Shown here: piece by piece, positions 13,322 to 25,743 of the stretch
How the letters are laid out: each line of letters opens with the position of its first letter
Numbering within the stretch: the first letter of the stretch is position 1
Origin: Octopus bimaculoides
Taxonomy: Eukaryota
Reading direction: 5' to 3'
NCBI RefSeq assembly: GCF_001194135.2
Contig: NC_068984.1
Coordinates: forward strand, 3,908,192-3,972,191
DNA: 64,000 bases
Notes under the pieces: model-generated
The model's database searches: none
What the model was told of the DNA's origin: nothing
What the model saw: the letters and a program-made list of their open reading frames with translations, nothing else
Program-made: the position numbers and the translations under genes

Positions 13322-14621
13322 TCTTTTCAATTTGATGGCCAGATTTTTTAATTATTTTTTTTTTTAATTAAACACTTTCAAACTTCAGATACTGGTAGAA
13401 TGTGTCACATAGAACAGGGTTTACTCTTAACATTTTTGACAAAATTTTGTATTTTAGAAGTTATTTCATGTTAAAGTTGTTGTATTTGGGTAATTTTAAC
13501 CAATCAATGAAGTGTATTCAGCTGAAGAAAATTACTGCTGCTGTTTGCAAACAACAACTTCCAGGTCCACTCCCCTCACAAAACCTTTCTTTAATAACCA
13601 GAGATGTTTTTATAGCAACACAGGTTTGCTGTATCAGGGTTGATTTGAAATAACAACAAAATTATTACTGAGACAGACCAACGACGGAACCTGTATGTGG
13701 TTGCATGACCTGCTAGAAAAAGTAGCCAAACTTTTTTTATGTACAGACTAGAAAAACCTCTGATACATTCAACCTGTTGTGTTAAAAAATATTAATTTAA
13801 AAACCTGTGACTTAGATTGACAAGATCCATGAAATTACTTTCATACAACACTGGATATTAGCCATAATATGTACCGAGTTCCCATAACATTTTCTATTTA
13901 TTTCATACGAAAATCTGAATAAATTACGCTAGTCAAGGGAATTCCAATATTTGGAATATGGATACTTGCTATCTTTTATTCTTTCAACTTCTTTAACTTC
14001 AGCTGCTTCATCATTCAGTGAAGAATACTGTTTTAACCACAGGATAATTCTGATTGTAATGGATCTGTAAGAAAAGGCATTCCAGCCATGACCGTTTTGA
14101 TTTTATTCTTTTCTTGAAGTAATGAATTCCTAAGCAAACATTATAAAATGATATAAACTTGCTTTATTTTGTTTTTTTCTTGAAGATGGAAATTTCATTT
14201 TTCTTTTTGTCAGGAAGATTTGGTTGCTTTTTCTAGCAACTTGAGCGACCAGACAAAGGCTCTCTCATTACCTCGTCTTGTTCCCTTCGTCACTTGTTAT
14301 TTAGTCCCAAATTGGATCTGATTGAACAGATATGATCAAAGACATCCCAACTGTGACCATTCCGTCTTTCTTCCCAGACATAATGGACTCTACGTGTATA
14401 TCACAGAGGTTTTGCTATTCTGTATTCTGAAAGTACGTCATTGATTGGTTAAAATTACCCAAATACAACTTTAACATGAAATAATTTCTAAAATACAAAA
14501 TTTTGTCAAAAATGTTAAGAGTAAACCTTGTTCTATGTGACACATTCTACCAGTATCCGAAGTTTCAAAGTGTTTAGTTAAAAAAAAAGAATTTAAAAAT
14601 CTGGCCATCAAATTGAAAAGA
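13322..14621. repeat. Long inverted repeat pair (~190-bp arms at 13322-13510 and 14438-14621)
   Basis: The arm TCTTTTCAATTTGATGGCCAGATTTTT...GGTAGAATGTGTCACATAGAAC...TTTGGGTAATTTTAACCAATCAATGA recurs as its reverse complement with only a few differences. Confidence 0.9.
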
Positions 14622-15137
14622 ACCAAAATTTTTTCTTTTGTGTTTTCCAATAACAGAACTAATGAAGAGAGAAAACAGAGACAGACAGACTTTATAAATA
14701 CAGAAAAGTCTCCAAACCATAATAGCAATAAGGAAAATGCAGAGGAACTACCATTTTTTGGTTAGCACAGACTACAAAACCAATCCTGTATTATATACAG
14801 TACAAGCTAAAATTATAGCAACAATAAAGACATGAAGATACAGATTACGTCTGTGATGAAGTTTGACCGGAAGCCCCATAGTTAAACATCTTATATATCT
14901 AGGGTCACATTATCTGCTCAGTTCCAGGAGTCTACTTCAAAAGCAGGAACAATTATACACCCTCCAGTACAAATATATACACAGATAATAAACAAGCAAG
15001 TTCACCTATATTTCTGTATAATATTTCATTTACTTTTCATACTCCACATTAATTCCTGTATACAAGGGCAACCTAGATTTCATTATATTTCATCAAAATG
15101 GAGAAGGAGGAGGAGCGAGAGACAGACAGACAGAGTG

Positions 15138-15177
<40 letters not shown>

Positions 15178-15724
15178 TGTGTGTGTCATGTTGGTCTAGG
15201 ATTTGGTGTGAAATGTCAGAATTACAAATCTGTCATTCACTTTGATGACAGGAAAACACTCATTCACACCATTCACCCCCACACTCCACCTTAACTATTA
15301 GCACAACCATCAAGCAAAAAAAAAAAATTACTTCTATATCCAGCAGTTATTTGTGAACACCATAAATCCTCCCACTGCCTTCCACATACATGTAACACAC
15401 ACACACAGATTAATTCATAACATGTAAAAAAGAAAGTAAAGTTTAATATCTCATGAGAAATTTAAGACTATAAATTCAAATTCTGATTGTTCAAAACATC
15501 AGAGAGCTTGTAAATATCAGCAAATTTTTAAGCAAGAAATCCATACAGACAAATCCACACAGATAAGGGTAGGTTTGTGGGACTTTATGGAAACAGTCAC
15601 TGATTATTAAATATTTAGCTTAAAAGGGGATTTGATTTGTCTTCATTTTTAGAATGTAAATTAAATTATTATTATTAATATTATTATTATTGCTCAGCAC
15701 CAGTCCGTCCATCTTTACATTCAT

Positions 15725-15985
15725 CATCATCATCATCATCATCACTTAACGTCTGTTGTCCATGCTGGCATGGGTTGGACAGTTTGACCAGGGCTGGTAA
15801 GCTGGAAGGCTGTACTAGACTCCAGTCTGATTTGGTATGGTTTCCTACAGCTGGATGCCCTTCCTAATGCTAACCACTCCAAGAGTTTAACGGGTTCTTT
15901 TACGTGTCACCTGCACAGGTGCTATTTGCGTGACACTAGTATCTGCCATGACTGCAATTTTGCTTGGCTTGATGGGTCTTCTTTT
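15725..15985 (-). mobile_element. (GAT)n-tailed repeat family C (LINE 3' end or SINE)
   Basis: Reverse complement of the family at 20846-21037 (..GGAAGGGCATCCAGCTGTAG..AACCCATGCCAGCATGG..CGTTAA.TGATGATG). Confidence 0.8.
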
Positions 15986-16006
15986 AACATAAGTTTAAAA
16001 AAATAG

Positions 16007-16150
16007 TCTTGAGTTCAGATTGCACAAAAGTTGACTGTCTTTCAGCCTTCTGGGGTTGATAAAATAGTACCAGTTAAGTGGTCAATATAATCTAAAATTT
16101 CAGGCCTTATGCCAACAGTAGAAAAGATTATTATTATTATTATTATTATG
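16007..16150 (+). mobile_element. SINE family B 3' fragment with (ATT)n tail
   Basis: GAGTTCAGATT...GGCCTTATGCCAACAGTAGAAAAGATTATTATT is similar to the 11460 copy. Confidence 0.6.
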
Positions 16151-17125
16151 TTTTTTTTTGTTTTTTTAATTCAGTTGTCCATTCTAAAACTGGAGTCTGG
16201 ATCTTGTTACATCTAAAGGTGACCACTTCTGACATTTTTGTTCAGGTGCTGACAGAGTCCCCTACCTTGACTGGAATACAACAGCCTTAGTTGTTAAATG
16301 TTTGTATGAATTAAATTCTTTCACACCAGACTCGTTATAATTAATAAAACTATCATCAGCAGCAGCAACAGCAAAACTTTAGAGATTGAATAATGATTAA
16401 GACAATCATTTATTAGCATTTTCAGCAGTTATGTAGGCCTTGTAGCAGTTCCAAACACAACTCAAGCTTCATGAATGGTATCAAGTAATAAGTATTAATT
16501 AACAGAATCCTCTTTCTTCAAATTTAAAAAAATAAAAATATTTAAATTGTGAAAGATATTTAATTAAAATCATTATAAATATTTATTCTCAAGTGAAGTT
16601 CAGCACATTTTATTTTCTATGTTCTTTTAAAACAAATGCTGGAATTAAATTTAATAAACTTTTTAAAAAATGTAAAATGTTGAAATAAAATCTGTAAAAG
16701 CTGAAACAATTTTAAAGCAAAATATCTTTTCTTCTATTCTTTTATTTGTTTCATTCATTTGACTGTGGCCAAGCTAGAGCACTGCCTTGATGCGTTTTAG
16801 TCAAATAAATCGACCCCAAACCACAGAAATAACACAAACATCTAAAATTTTGAGTTAAGTTTGTTTTCAATAAATAACAATTTGCACCAACTCATGGCTT
16901 CAATGAATATCAAGGTTGTATTTTATTTCTGGAACAGAAATTGAAAATCAGAATACTTAAAGGTAAATTCTGTCAAATACTTTTGGATAATGAAATAAAG
17001 TTATTTTTCATTTAAACTGCTAACAAACTAGGCAGAAAGACAAAGGGGACGCTAACAGCTGCACATATAGATGCATTGACAGTATTCAGCCTTGTTATTT
17101 CACTTTTGTTCCTCAGTCATCTCTG

Positions 17126-17163
<38 letters not shown>

Positions 17164-17422
17164 TAGCCCAGTAGCATTTCTTTAGTGGTTGCTAGCATGT
17201 GTGCATATTTATATGAGTGAATATATGAAAAAGCATGTAGGTAGATAGATATACAAGCACGCGTATGCCTGTTACTAAATATTTGTGAGTGTGTATATGT
17301 GTGTGCGCAGATACATGCATACACCACAAATGTACACAATATATTTTAAATTTAGCAATGCACTAATGCATGTACGCACAGATATATGTGTGTGTGAGCA
17401 TGTGTATAATATATATCATCAT

Positions 17423-17480
<58 letters not shown>

Positions 17481-17742
17481 TTAAACACATACATGGGTAT
17501 GTGTGCAAATGTGCTCACATACATATTTACCATAATACATAATTATACTGAAATATAGCCTTGTTATAGATATAGTAGAACGTGAAATAAGAGGAGAACA
17601 AAGCAAAAGAAAATATGAATAAATGATAGAGAAAATGAAATTAATTAATTAATGGATCTAAAGAATGAATTCAGTAAGTAGCCATTTGTGGGAATCAGGT
17701 CAGTCTATATTTAAAACTGCCCCATATACATACATATGTATT

Positions 17743-17787
<45 letters not shown>

Positions 17788-17797
17788 NNNNNNNNNN

Positions 17798-17841
<44 letters not shown>

Positions 17842-18391
17842 CAGGATAAAGAAAAAAAATAAAGTTATAATGTATGAAGGATGGAATAGAAAAGAGAAGG
17901 GAATACAGAAGTATACAGAGCAAATAACTGTGGAGGAAAGAAAGGAAAAAAAGAATAAGTAAAAGAGAAGGAAGAAAAGGAAGAGAGAGAGATGTTGGGA
18001 AATGAAAAAAAAATTGAAAGTGAAAGAGAAGAAAGTAAAGAGAATGTGAAAAGAAAAGAAGTTGTATGTTTAATAAGTGTAAAATATTGAGCAGTAACAA
18101 ACTCCATAAGTACAGCTATAAAAATGAAAACTGAAGCCAAACGAAAAAGAGGAGACGTTATTGAATAAGAGTGAAGATCAATAACCTAAATTTGTATAGG
18201 TTGCTGCCACCTTGTGGGATGGTGTAACAGCATGATGAGGATGATGATGATGATGACGGTGGGGAGATAGAGATGTTTTTTGAAGGCAGGAAGGACAGCC
18301 ATTTACACCTACATAATTCAGGCATTCATTCATTTCAGAGAGGAGAGAAAGAGAGAGAGAGAAAGAGAGAGAGAGAAAGAGAGAGAGAGAA

Positions 18392-18424
<33 letters not shown>

Positions 18425-18821
18425 AAGAGAGAGCTTTCTTCTCAGACAATAAGGTCACTTGGTCAAGAGGTGCTGGTAATTTTTTTTCATTCAGTCCACT
18501 TCAAGAAACAAATTTAGAGTTAGTAGAAATATGGAAAAATTATCCAAGAGTGACTAACTGTGTGTGTGTTCATGTGCATGTGCGTGTGTGTGCATGTGCA
18601 TGCAATGTTTGACATAGAAATTGAGGCTCTCTGTGGAATGAATTTATGGGAAAGGTCTCTGTTGAATAAAGACATGATCCAGAAAGCAGAACCATCCTAT
18701 CTGAATATACAATACTAAACTAAATTACAACAAAAGAGTTGTTGATTAAGCAGAGGAAGCTAGAGATGTCCTGTAAGATGGAGTTGTTGTTTCTTTTCTC
18801 TTGATATCTATGTATCGTTGC

Positions 18822-19184
18822 TCTTTTACATGTTTCAGTCATTTGACAGCAACTATGCTGGATCACCCCTTAAAGGGTTTTAGTTAAATCAACCCCTGAT
18901 ACTTATTCTATCGGTCTCTTTTGCCAAACTGCTAAGTTACAGGGACATAAACATACCACCATCGGTTGTCAAGTAATGGTGGAGGGACAAACACAGACAC
19001 AAAGACACACACATATATATACATATAAGACAGGCTTCTTCCAGTTTCCGTCTACGAAATTCACTCACAAGGCTTTGGTCAGTCTGAGGTTATAGAAGAT
19101 ACTTGCCCAAGGTGCCACGCAGTGGAACTGAACCTGGAACCATGTCGTTGGGAAGTAAGCTTCTTACCACACAGCTATGCTTGT
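18822..19184 (-). mobile_element. tRNA-derived SINE family A, near full length
   Basis: Reverse-complement match to 34437-34848. Confidence 0.85.
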
Positions 19185-19322
19185 GCATTGTTACATATAT
19201 TTTATCAAGTGGATATTTTTATATCATTTGTAGCTACTTGATTTGTGAAAGGAAATACATTACTTTTCTTTGCCGAGTGGCTTTTAATGTCACTATCATG
19301 GCTGACATCAGGTAATACTTCT

Positions 19323-19920
19323 TTAGCACAAATATATTCTGTATGCCCCAAATCGGGGACAGTGTAACTTTGGTGGACATGCTACATTCCACTGTACTTT
19401 ACTTTTTAAAAGAGAGGGTAGGGGTGATTGGGGTGGAATTAGGAAGAGATAAAAATAGTGGTGATGAGGTGTCTGGGGGGGGGGACCTTCAAGATATAAG
19501 GTGAGCAGAAGTGAGTATAGGCAGAGAGAGGCTGCAAGAACGTGGGAAAGGGGTGAACAATGGGTGAGGAGATGACTATAATGAAAGAACAAGTGTTCAG
19601 AGATGGTACGTAGGGAAGGTAGAGGAGAGTATGTTGAGGGGGTGTATATGTGGGTAAGGTATGGGGGAGACCAATGATGCATGAGGGTGACATATATGGT
19701 GCATGGAGAGAGTGAGAAAGGTGGGGTGGTAGAGAAGGAGAGATAATTTGGAGGCTCAGAAAGGGAAGTGATCAATGGAAAATGTGGGTGGAGATGGATA
19801 TGACATGCAATGGCTCCTTATAATAAGAAAGCTTAGTGGTATCAGGGAAAAGCTGCAAGTAGAGCAATGATGGTTGGAGGGGGTGTCTTGAGGAGGAAAT
19901 GGGGAAAGGGGTCAATTGTG
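19323..19920 (-). repeat. Unclassified purine/pyrimidine-skewed interspersed repeat (copy 1)
   Basis: Shares the blocks GGAGAGATAATTTG..., AAAATGTGGGTGGAGA and GTCTTGAGG.GAA.TG with 25276-25700. Both copies abut (TA)n at the same end. Confidence 0.55.
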
Positions 19921-20845
19921 CATATATATATATAGATACATACATACAAACACCATATCGTATCATATATCAATCAACTTTCTTATCTATATGAATTAAA
20001 ATTGAATTATGAATATATAAAAAGAAAATATTTACATGCATGAATTTACATATTGTCTTCACTGTTAAAAATTCCTATAAATTTATTTTCTTTGGATAGG
20101 AATTCTTTTAAGGTTTGTCTGTTGTTAAGGTAGCTGTTTGGAGTCTGGCCAGTAACATTTGTAAACAAACAACAACCAAGATAATGCTGGTTCTTAGTAT
20201 AACTTACTATATAAAAGAATTGATGTAAGGACTAATAACATATTGTATACAGAAGTCAGAGTAGAACTAAACAAACCTAACACTGCTACTTTATCTTACA
20301 ACACAAAAGCTTCATGATACATGAACACTGTTCCTGTTGAGAACAGAATTGCAGGATTTCAAACATACTTTCTTACATAATTTCCTCTTTTTCTCATTCC
20401 AACATGCATTATCACACACACACACACTCTCTCTCTTTGTCCCCGCCTCTCTTTCTGTTACATTCACTCTTTTTGTTTCTAACACAAAAACATACAATGC
20501 TCTAAACATTTTTTTTTACCCCTCACATTCACCTATCATTCTCTCTCTTACATACACACACACATGTACACATGCATGCACACACACCTCTATTCAGCTA
20601 GGAGGCAAAGACTTCATTCCCTTCAGATTTAAATGTTCCAATACTTAAACACCACAAACAATTTAGAAAAATACTTTAGAAGGAAAAAGAACATACAAGA
20701 ATTGTTGGGTTGTAGCAAGAACACAGAGAGAGAGAAGGATTATTCCTTGAAGTTACTTGAAGTAACTTAGGGAAGCACATAGTAAAAATAAGCCATGATC
20801 TTAGATTGGAAGTACCAAATTATGGTTTTAAATATATGACACTAT

Positions 20846-21037
20846 GTTTCGTGCGGGTGACACGTAAAAGCACCCACTACACTCTCTGAGTGGTCGGCGT
20901 TAGGAAGGGCATCCAGCTGTAGAAACTCTGCCAAATCAGACTGGAGCCTGGTGTTGCCATCCGGTTTCACCAGTCCTCAGTCAAATCGTCCAACCCATGC
21001 TAGCATGGAAAGCGGACGTTAAACGATGATGATGATG
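20846..21037 (+). mobile_element. (GAT)n-tailed repeat family C, young copy
   Basis: The 3' ~100 bp is identical to 23638-23737 and differs at 3 positions from the minus copy at 55432-55526. It ends in (GAT)n. Confidence 0.85.
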
Positions 21038-22728
21038 TTACCACTTTAGATGCAACACATTCATCTTTCAATAGTTTATTTATAGAAAAGGACTTGGATT
21101 GTATCTCAATGTAAGTTTTGTTTATTTAATTGTTTTATCCAAGTTAAGTGAAAACAGTTACAATTCTTAGATTTAAGATAAATATAAAATAATAAATGTA
21201 TTGATTCACACAATTTTTTTTTTTTTTTTTTAATGGTAAACTCTTTCTAAATTAATAAAGAAAAGATGGGTTATCTGTTGTATGTAATAGAAATCATTGA
21301 TTGAACATTTGGAAACAAATCAAAAATTTTGTAGATTTTAGTGGAATGGGATGAAGTTTGACTATTTGAGTAGATTTCATTAGGTTTCATGACCAAGCCA
21401 TGTTGATATACCCACAGGTTCAAAAGATGATTCAATGGTTGTAGGCAAAATGAATTCTATCAGTGAAAAATAGGCATTTGTTCCTCAAGATTTAATAGCA
21501 TTCAAAGAGAAATATTGAATCTGTGTAGAGTAACAACTGGAGATATGTTTGGATTAGATTGTACTGAAATTTTCTTAATCAGCCAATGAAGTTAGGAGGT
21601 ACTTCACAAGTGCCTGGTATGTTATTAATAAATGCTGATGTTTACAAAGAGTTAGACATGTAGCTGTAGACACAATGGTTGGAACCTAATATCTAGGCTT
21701 TCTTAGATATTACTTTTGTTGGATGTAGATAAGTTATTGATGAATATGTGATAGAATTACTAATGTGCATTCATATACAATCATTAGGAAATTAATTCTA
21801 CCAAAATTTATCATGAAATAGAAACAAAAAGAACCAACACTGTTATACCATCAAAATGGCTTTTTAAAAGAAGTTTAGAAATGGTAAACAAAAAAAAAAA
21901 AAAATCATCTAAGAAACTAGAGCTAAGGGAATTGGGATTAAGCAGTAAGAAAAGGTGAACTGAAGTTCTTGTACTGAGTCAATGAGTAAATGTTTCTAAT
22001 AAACGGTGATGAGGAAACAAAGACAGGCTGGAACAGAATGAATAAGAGGACAGCAAACAAGAAAGGAGAATGGATTACAAAGAAAACGATGACCATAAAA
22101 AGGTTTACATTTTTGTTTTTCTATCAGTTGCATTGTTTCAGTAGGAGGGCTTTTCAACCATTCCTTATTTCTCTTCATAGAAATGTATATAAAAGTAGAT
22201 GAAACATTCATTGTAGTGTGGCTCAAGCATAACAGTTCCATTAGGAAAGGCCTCCAATAATAAATATATCATACATTTCTCACCAATAACAAAATGATAA
22301 TAAACAATATAAATTACTTTATGATATTTATACTGAATGAATGTTGACTGGACATTTTTATTTACATCCAAGAAAATTAAAAAAAGATTTTCTCCCACAC
22401 ATTCGTTTCTCCAATTTTAGTAGCAGAAACATGAAGAGCTGACTTGAGCTTACAGTTGGAAAAGGAATGGCATCTTGAATTCTTGATTCTAACCTGCCAG
22501 ACACCAGCTTCAATTCCTTTATAGAAAATACTTCTTTTAAAGGGTTTAAGTTTCAATTACATGCTTCCAACATATTTTAATGAAACAACATTTTGCAAAC
22601 ATATGTTCTAAATAAAAAATGAATACAAAAATAAATGTCCTAAATCTTTGATCGATTAAAAAACAAAATATCAGACATGGTAATTCATGAAAAATATGGT
22701 AACAAAAAAAAAAAAAAGTTAACTCTTT

Positions 22729-22822
22729 TGTCCCAACAGATACCTATGAAGAACAAGTCAGAAATAATAAAACTGACAGGCTTTGGTTATTTGTGACTTG
22801 TTCATAAGTATCTGTTGGGACA
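22729..22822. other. 94-nt hairpin (34 matched pairs, 19-nt loop); pre-miRNA-like or small foldback
   Basis: TGTCCCAACAGATAC-C-TATGAA-GAA-CAAGTCA-G-AAATAA (22729-22767) pairs with TTATTT-G-TGACTTG-TTCATA-A-GTATCTGTTGGGACA (22787-22822). Confidence 0.6.
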
Positions 22823-22993
22823 CACAGACAGAGAAACTGGATTCAGACAAAACTGCTGTTCATATGCTTAAGCAATTTCTCTCTACTGACACTCATGACA
22901 ATGTAGCAAATAATAGAGTTGACAAGCATACACACACACATGAATATATATATATGAATAAATGAGTGTATGTAGATGTGAGTGTATAGTATA

Positions 22994-23079
<86 letters not shown>

Positions 23080-23166
23080 TTCACACACACACACACATAT
23101 ATATTATATAGCAATAAGAAAATGGAGGGGATTAATAGGTGGTATTCATCAACTTGCAGACATTGT

Positions 23167-23622
23167 NNNNNNNNNNNNNNNNNNNNNNNNNNNNNNNNNN
23201 NNNNNNNNNNNNNNNNNNNNNNNNNNNNNNNNNNNNNNNNNNNNNNNNNNNNNNNNNNNNNNNNNNNNNNNNNNNNNNNNNNNNNNNNNNNNNNNNNNNN
23301 NNNNNNNNNNNNNNNNNNNNNNNNNNNNNNNNNNNNNNNNNNNNNNNNNNNNNNNNNNNNNNNNNNNNNNNNNNNNNNNNNNNNNNNNNNNNNNNNNNNN
23401 NNNNNNNNNNNNNNNNNNNNNNNNNNNNNNNNNNNNNNNNNNNNNNNNNNNNNNNNNNNNNNNNNNNNNNNNNNNNNNNNNNNNNNNNNNNNNNNNNNNN
23501 NNNNNNNNNNNNNNNNNNNNNNNNNNNNNNNNNNNNNNNNNNNNNNNNNNNNNNNNNNNNNNNNNNNNNNNNNNNNNNNNNNNNNNNNNNNNNNNNNNNN
23601 NNNNNNNNNNNNNNNNNNNNNN
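23167..23622. other. Assembly gap (N run)
   Basis: Run of N flanked by (TA)n and repeat sequence. Confidence 0.99.
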
Positions 23623-23637
23623 TATATATATATATAT

Positions 23638-23747
23638 TAGACTGGAGCCTGGTGTTGCCATCCGGTTTCACCAGTCCTCAGTCAAATCGTCCAACCCATG
23701 CTAGCATGGAAAGCGGACGTTAAACGATGATGATGATGATGATGATA
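23638..23747 (+). mobile_element. (GAT)n-tailed repeat family C 3' fragment
   Basis: Identical to 20938-21037 and adjacent to the gap. Confidence 0.85.
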
Positions 23748-24249
23748 TATATATAAAATCATTTAATGCCTGTCTTACATGCTGCGATAGGTTTGACTAT
23801 ATATATATATCTTTGTACCTTGAGAGTCCACCCTGACACATTACCACCATCTTCTCCCTCTTTCTCTCTCTTTGTCTCCAACTGGAGAAAAGGTAGAGAG
23901 TCTCTTAGGTTTAAAGCCCTTCCTCAATACCACTTCCCCTCTCAGTTGAGGGATCTTTGTCTTGCAAGTTACTCAGTGACCTCACTAGTGCTGGTGCCAT
24001 CTAAAAACACCCAGTTCACTCTTTAAAGTGAGTTTTCAGGAGGGCATCCAAGCAGAGAAACCTTGTCAAAGCTTGGTGCAGCCCTTTGGCTTGCCAGCTC
24101 TTGTCAAACTATCCAAGCCATGCCAGCAAGAGAAATGATGATGATGATATATGTACGAGAAAATAAGGTATTATATCTTCAATGCAGTGTCCAGTAGTCC
24201 AGTGTGGCTGGAAACTAAAATTTTGTGATGGACATAACATTGTATTTAC

Positions 24250-24353
24250 CTGAAAACTACATTTCACGTCCTTCTTTCAGAATGTCTCATTGACAAAGAT
24301 GCTCCACTCTAGTTCCACAGATGAGTGGTTAGCAGGAGAAAGAACTTATACGT
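24250..24353 (-). other. Exon-like segment (104 nt), stops in all frames; possible UTR or lncRNA exon
   Basis: Acceptor TTGTTTTTGTTTTAG|ACG and donor TTTTCAG|GTAAAT on the minus strand. Confidence 0.3.
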
Positions 24354-24862
24354 CTAAAACAAAAACAATTATGGCACTATCAGTATAAACGTCTGTAAAG
24401 TTTCAAAATATATTCAACAGATGTTTGTACAGAAAATAAATCTAACCAACAACAAAAAAATAAAATATTTGGCATGCTGCATGTGATTCTACCAACTATT
24501 ATTTACTTGAAAGAATGGTAAATTCAATGAAGGTGTGCATAAGAATTTACTAAAAAAAAATAAAAGTAAACTATGAACTTATGGTTCCTAGAAGGCCATA
24601 GTTTTAGCCGAGCCATAAAAGTTCAATCTACTTTGATTTCTATAGATCTTGCTTCATCTTTGATCAGTATCTTCCGGTATTTTGGTAAGAGTACAGCATC
24701 ATTTGTTTCAACAATAATCTATAGAGATACATGTTATTGGGGATTCAGGTTATATGGAGAATGACCAAATTATCATACAGATTATACTATGATAAAACAG
24801 GTAATATACTGTGTATGCGTGTGTAAACATACATAATATGCACACAAACACATACATTCACT

Positions 24863-24908
<46 letters not shown>

Positions 24909-25275
24909 CACACACAAGTTATACAAATACACAGATATTTTCTGTATATATATGTCCGTGCGTGTGTGTCCATATATATACATATATAATTTTAAGTAAA
25001 TGTTCCATGATGCTAGCATGGGCTGGAATGTTTGATAGGATCTTATGGGCCCAAGACTGCATTATGCTCCAGTGTCTGCTTTGGTATGATTCTAACCCTT
25101 CCGAACGCCAACCACTTTACAACATATACTGGATGCTTTTTAGTGCCAACCACTAGTGAAGTAACCATGCAGCCTGCCCGTCTACAAACCTCAAGAAAAC
25201 AGAGTAAAGAGGGATAGGGTATGAGAAAAAAGGGTGAGAGCAAAACTGGTTTCTTGCCTCAGACAAGTTGCATGG

Positions 25276-25700
25276 TTATTCAGATTGGGAGAAGAAAGTG
25301 ATAAAAAAAAATAATGGTGATGAGGAATCAAGGTGGATCTTCAAGATGTGGGAGGGAGGAGGTCTGACCATATGGAGCAGCAGAGCAGTTATGATGACAG
25401 TGTAGACAAAAGAAAGACAAAAGAGACAACATGATGCTGGGTCAGAGGGAGGTAGACATGGTGTATGAGGAGGGTAAGATGTATGGGGTGGAAGGAGGAG
25501 AGATAATTTGATGGCAAGAATGGGTGAGCAATGTAAAATGTGGGTGGAGAGTACAGTATTAATGCACAAAGGATGGATAACAAGTGAAATGGTTCTGAGT
25601 AGAAGGAAAAGTAAGTAGTACCAAGAAAGAACTATAAATAGGGAGGTGACAGGTGGTGGTGGTCTTGAGGGGAATGAAATTGAGGGAAGGGCCCAGTTGT
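25276..25700 (-). repeat. Unclassified purine/pyrimidine-skewed interspersed repeat (copy 2)
   Basis: Similar to 19323-19920. Confidence 0.55.
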
Positions 25701-25701
25701 G

Positions 25702-25739
<38 letters not shown>

Positions 25740-25743
<4 letters not shown>

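Noticed and set aside
20955-20990. CTGAGGA-CTGGT-GAAA on the minus strand of family C
   Set aside because: Only 5 nt lie between the core blocks and there is no stem I, so it is a coincidence.
22982-23723. Several long ORFs containing X runs
   Set aside because: They read through the N gap and are not real.
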